From positions 65,410,001 through 65,474,000 of the forward strand of contig OZ024742.1 in the NCBI GenBank assembly GCA_964016885.1: DNA of 64,000 nt, in the 5' to 3' direction. The notes under the pieces are model-generated. The model made no database searches and was not told the origin of the DNA. It saw only the letters and a list, made by a program, of their open reading frames with translations. Shown piece by piece: positions 58,877 through 64,000 of this stretch (position 1 is the first letter of the stretch; the number at the start of each line of letters is the position of its first letter). This DNA is from Eledone cirrhosa (lineage: Eukaryota). The position numbers and the translations under genes are program-made.

Positions 58877-61800
58877 ACTTTCTATTTATTTGCCACCAGG
58901 GCATCAAATATTGGGACAAATACAAGGGGGGGGGGATGAGTTTACATACATTTCAAAGGACGTGTAAAAACATATAACAAATAAAATTCAACAATCGAAA
59001 AAAATGTGCAGCCCTCCTCCCCAGGAGCACAAAGAGCGGGTGCTCCTTTCCTCTCCTCTTTCTTCTCCTCTCTCACCTACAGGCTGATATAGATAGAAGG
59101 CCCATTCACTCGGGCCATTCTCGCCACTTTCACCCACCTTTCATAAAACTTGCTGGGGTAGAACACCTCTCTCTCCATTCTGATCCTTCTTCTAAACTGG
59201 TACTTGAAAAAAAGGACCAGTTGTTGGCCGGAGAGAAAAGTGTCTGACCTCAGTCCTTTCAACCTCGTCCACCATACAACCTCTTTCGACATAGCTATCA
59301 CACAGAGGAAAACCGCCTCTCCTTCGTTTTTGAAGGGGGGAGGCGGTTTGATCGTGACAATGTACTCGGTGGTCAACCGGATTGGTCCCACCCGCAACAG
59401 TAGTCGTTCCACATAGCCCCACAGGTCAGCAACGCCCGGGAAGTGTACGAATGCGTGCGCGACGGTTTCCTCGTCACGCACGCATCTCGGACAGATCTTC
59501 TTCGAGGGGTCCATACCCGGGCGCCCGTGTCTGTAGAGCTTGTCCCGAACGGGTAGAGCTCCTCGGTAGCACTGCCAAGCCAGGGACTTTTTGAAGTTGT
59601 CCATCGGTCCCAGGCCAAACGTCCTACCGAACAGACTGGCTAGATCGTCTTCCTCCATGCCCAGAGCCTCTCCGAGAGCGTCGTCGCACTTGCTGCGCAC
59701 CAACCCTCAATAGAATATTGAGGTTGAGTCTCCACTGATTGCCGGATCCGCTTGCCAGAGGACTGTGAGCGCCTGGGCACATTCAATGTGCCAGTCGCCC
59801 ATTTTTCTCGGTCTTTGCTTGACCCCGGATTGTAGCTCGGTGAGTGAGACGAGTCTCGAAAAGGCTCGCCTCACAAAAGGGGCCCACACCGGCTGACCGG
59901 TGAGGAATACCTGGAGGTGCCGTAGCCTTACTGCGTGTCTACGCATCGTCAGCCACGGATTCCCCAGCCCTCCGTTCGAAGGGTGTTGACAGCAGATGGA
60001 TCTTCTCACCAAAGGGGCCCGCTTCTTCCAAAGGAATCGGAAGAACGCGCGCTCCATTTTGACGAGCGTTTTCCCTGGGCAAGTCACGACGGTCAAGCGG
60101 TAGTAGATGATGGACGCTATATAAGTGTTCGCCACCTCTGCTCGACCTTTCAGGGATAGTTTGCACTCGGCCCACTTCTGGGCGAGTGCAAACCCCCTGC
60201 CCGTTACCTCGTCCCAGTTTTTCTCCACCTGGAGGTCCGGTTCGAACCAGACCCCGAGCAGCTTCACCGGTCCCTCCGTCCAGCGTCTGACGACGCCGTC
60301 GGAGGGCATCGGTTTGTCTCTCCACGTTCCGAGTTGCAAACCGACGGACTTGTCCCGGTTCAGCTTGGCTCCTGTAAACCTTTCCTATTCCTCCAGTAAG
60401 GTGCCGATCTTCCCGATTTCCGAGGCGCCCGACACAATTACTGTCACGTCATCGGCGTAGGCCGACACCGCTTTCCGCAATCCCAGTTCCAAGGGGATTC
60501 CCTGCAACAGCTCCAACTTCCACAGTAGTGGCTCGAGAGCCAGCACATACAGAAGGGAGGATAGAGGGCATCCTTGTCGGATGGATCGCACGATTTGGAA
60601 CGGCTCTGAGAGGTAGCCGTTCACCTTGACCCTCGAGCAGGTGTTGCTGCTGTGCATTGCAGCAATCCAGCCCTTGAAAACGGGTCCGAAACCTGCAGCC
60701 GCGAGCACCGCATCCAGGTACCGATGGTCGACCCTATCGAACGCCTTAGATTGATCCAAGTTGAGCAGAGCCCCACCAAAGCCGGGTTCGTTCCCTACCC
60801 TCTCTACGATGTATCGCATGACGTGGAGGTTGTCGTGTATGGACCTGGACGGGATTGCGCATGTCTGCGCTTCTCCCACCAGGTTCCCGACGACAAGCGC
60901 CAACCTCTTCGCTAACACCTTGGCCAAAATCTTTAACTCTGTATTTAGCAGAGTTATGGGCCTGAAGTTATCTATGTCATACCCCTTGTTCTCGTACTTC
61001 CTCACCAGCGTGACTACGCCCTTGGTCACAGAACTGGGAATTCTCCCGTTCTGTTGCAAGTTGCATTAGACCGCCTCGAGGAGATTGGAGAACAAGTCCG
61101 GCATCGCTACATAAAGTTGGTATTGTAGACCATCGAGACGGGGAGATTTGCGTTTGCCGCACTGGATCAGCGCTTCCCTTACCTCAGCAGCTGAAATCGG
61201 CCTTTCGCAGGACTTTGCCTCCCCGTCCGAGAGCCGCGGCAGACCGTCGAGGTATGGACCAAAATCCATGGCCTCACCCGGCCCGCCGCCTCTCCCGAAC
61301 AGTCGCGCAAAGCGCCGTTGAAAGGCCACGCACATCCGCTCAAGTTCAAGGATCACGCGTCCATCCTGGTCTTTCAAAGACCGAATCGTGGACTTGTTTC
61401 CACTTTTTGCCTGTCACTCGGGCCCAGCTAACACGTATTTTACTCTTGACAACGCAGCCCTCTTGACATACGCCGGCCACGTTGCCACTCCTAATCGCCT
61501 CTTCTAGTCTATCTATCAATTCCCTTTCAGTTCTATTCCTATCCTGACTAAAACCTATCGTTTCTATTCTAATTTGTCTCTTGAGAGAGCCCCACCACCT
61601 GCTGTTGACTATTGCCCCGTCAACCACTGCTTAACTAGAGTGCTAATCCGTTTACTGTAAGCTTTGTTTGTCGGTAAGGACAAGTTTAGCTTCCAGTAAC
61701 CGGGTCCTTGTCTATGGGTTCTATCAAGGTTGACCACTCCGGTCACCAACTTGTGATCCGAATAGTCAACCATGAACATTCGTGGACAGCTTAATATGTC

Positions 61801-64000
61801 CCTATCCTTATTTCTAACTAGGAACCTATCTAGGTACGACCTAGATGTTCCGCTAAGATTAGTCCACGTCCACAGTGGCACAGTCGGAAAATCTAGTCGA
61901 TATCCATCGGCCAGATCAAATCTGCCGATTAACCGTTTGAGGCTGTTACACCCCCTCTATCGGGACATGCCCCTACATAGTCCCAACGTGCATCCAGGAT
62001 ACCATTCCAGTCCCCCACCAAAAGCAAGGAGCGACACGTTCCCAGAAAAGTCTCTAGGCGCTGGAAGAAGTCCGGTCGCGGTGTCCCAGATGGGGCACAC
62101 GCTGCCAGCAGCCTGAAGGCTCCACCTTCACTACTGCCGACGTCTAGAACCACCAGTTGGCCCTCCGGGTCCAGGTGTACCTTTCGTGTTGCGAGGCCCA
62201 GGTGTTTTCGCAGCAGAGTGACCACCCCGCCCCCACCACCCGACTGACATTGAGATGCATAGATCTCAAAGTCGTCGAAGATGGGGGCCAGTTGGTGCTC
62301 GCTGCTGATCCTGGACTCTCAAATAGCTATCACATCCATTCTGTGCGACCTGAGGTTATTTAAGAGTTTGCCCTGCTTCCAGGACATCCCCAGGCCGCGC
62401 ACATTTAAACATCCATCTCTTATAACAGCCCTGTTGGTGGTGAAGAGTTTAGAGTGGAGAAAAAGGAAAAGACACATACCTGTCCTTCTCCTGGGGGTGT
62501 CGGCGGGGTTGTTTGCTGGGGTGGTGGTTTGGGATGTGGTGGGGAGATCAGTGTGTGGTGGGGTCGTTGTGTTTGGTGGGGGAGGGGTGTCTGGGTTGGT
62601 GGTGGGGTGGTTGTGTTTGGTGGGGGAGGGGTGTCTGGGTTGGTGGTGGGGAAACATTTGGTGGGGAAACATTTCAAGAGGACGTGGTTGCTAGGTCTAG
62701 TACAGGGGTTCCCCACGTCCTCGGGAAAGTTTTGTTTGAGCATTGCGTAGGTGTCCCTTGGGACCCTAATCATTTTTAAATGCGGTTTAGTCGCCGCGTT
62801 GGCGAACATTTTCCCTTCGGTTTCCACCGAAGGGTCTTTGTCTATTGTTTGCACAAGTGTTTGTTGTTTGTGTTGATGTATGTATACTGTTTTTGTTGTG
62901 TTGTGTTTGTTTTTGTTTGTTGTTCTTGTGTGTGTTTGCGTTTTGTAGTATGTGTTATGTTTTCGGGAGGGGTGGTTTTTTTTGTTTGTGATGGTTGTGC
63001 TGGTGGCTGTGTGTTTGTTGTATTTTTGTTGATGTGGTGCCTTCTTTTCTTTCTTTTTACCGGTTGAAAGGGTTCTCCCTCGTAGTCACTGGGTGACGTT
63101 GATAAGTGGTCCTCGTCCGTGTTGTTGGGGAGGGGCATATTTTGGGGTTTTGTTGTGGTTGCTTTTGTATTTGTTTTAAATGAGGAGGGGTTGGGTGGGA
63201 CAGTATCTTGTGTTGTTATTTTTTCGTGTTGTTGTGGTTGTTGTTGTTGTGGTGGTGTGGTGGTTGTGTTGTTGTGTGTGGGGTGGGCAGAAGCGTCTTT
63301 TTTGGGGGGCATTTAAAAGGGGACAGGAAGCCCTCAGGTGACCACTTCTTGAACAGTGGTAGCATGAAGGTCGCCTGCCCTCAACAGAAATGTTTATGAA
63401 GGCGACTCCATCCAGGGACACACTCTGCGGTATTCTTGCTATCCGTTCTGGTCTCATTTGGACCAGAACTTCAAGGCTATTGCCGCCGAATACGCCCCCG
63501 GTGGATTCGCCTATTGAAAGGATTGTGTCCTCATCTTCTAAGAATCCCGTTAGCACCCACCAAATGCTCACATTTGGCCTGATGCCCGAGATTCTTATCT
63601 TTTGAGTTCTTTTCCCCAAATATGTGGGGGAAAAGGTTTATGCTTTGGATACAATTGGCGACACAGAATATTTCCGTGCCGCCAATTCATCTTGCATTAA
63701 AACAGATATGCTTCCATACAGTTTCCCTTTCTATATGAAAGCGATATCCTTCCAGGCACTACTTAGGACCAGCTCAATATCGCTTTGGGACAATTGAGCC
63801 GGTTTCCTAGTCGCGTTCAAAACTGTCCTAAAATTTACGGACCTGAGGACTGTGTCCCTTCTAATTTCTTCGGGGGAGGTAATTGTGAATTCCCCACCTT
63901 CCCCGAAACTTACACAATTCCTTGCTTCTTTCAGCAATTTCTTGGCATTCGAGATGTCCAGTGCCTTGTATGTCTGCGTTTCTCGAACCGCCTGTGCGAA
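58877..64000 (-). mobile_element. Tx1/L1-clade LINE, nearly full length but frameshifted; 5' end outside window
   Basis: ORF1 with CYHCSRSGHLRASC knuckle (about 62450-64000). ORF2: APE (CLNVRGL, GDWN, SYLDRF, YSDH), RT (NFRPITLLN, LDQSKAFDRVDH, RQGCPLS, YADD), C-terminal CPRC..ETVAH. 3'UTR with AATAAA, then (TATC)n. Confidence 0.95.

Overview
Eukaryotic, AT-rich, microsatellite-saturated genomic DNA. The SINE, LINE and microsatellite repertoire resembles an Octopus (cephalopod) genome, which is inference. There is no intact host gene; nearly all ORF-track entries are microsatellite artefacts. Recognisable protein-coding remnants are all from retroelements: one long Tx1/L1-clade LINE (58877-64000, minus) plus two decayed relatives, two Penelope-like GIY-YIG fragments, and RTE, CR1/L2 and R4/Dong pieces. 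Also present are many tRNA-derived SINEs, a non-autonomous Helitron, two MITE families, a 41/42-bp satellite and an 87-bp SINE-head array. The main hidden structure is about 11 intact-looking and several degenerate type I hammerhead ribozyme motifs, identified by eye. They lie in short, ORF-less Penelope-type termini from several families, mostly arranged as head-to-head palindromes and embedded in (TA)n tracts. One candidate first coding exon of a host gene lies at 45253-45327 (minus). Most element boundaries were placed by eye and are approximate.
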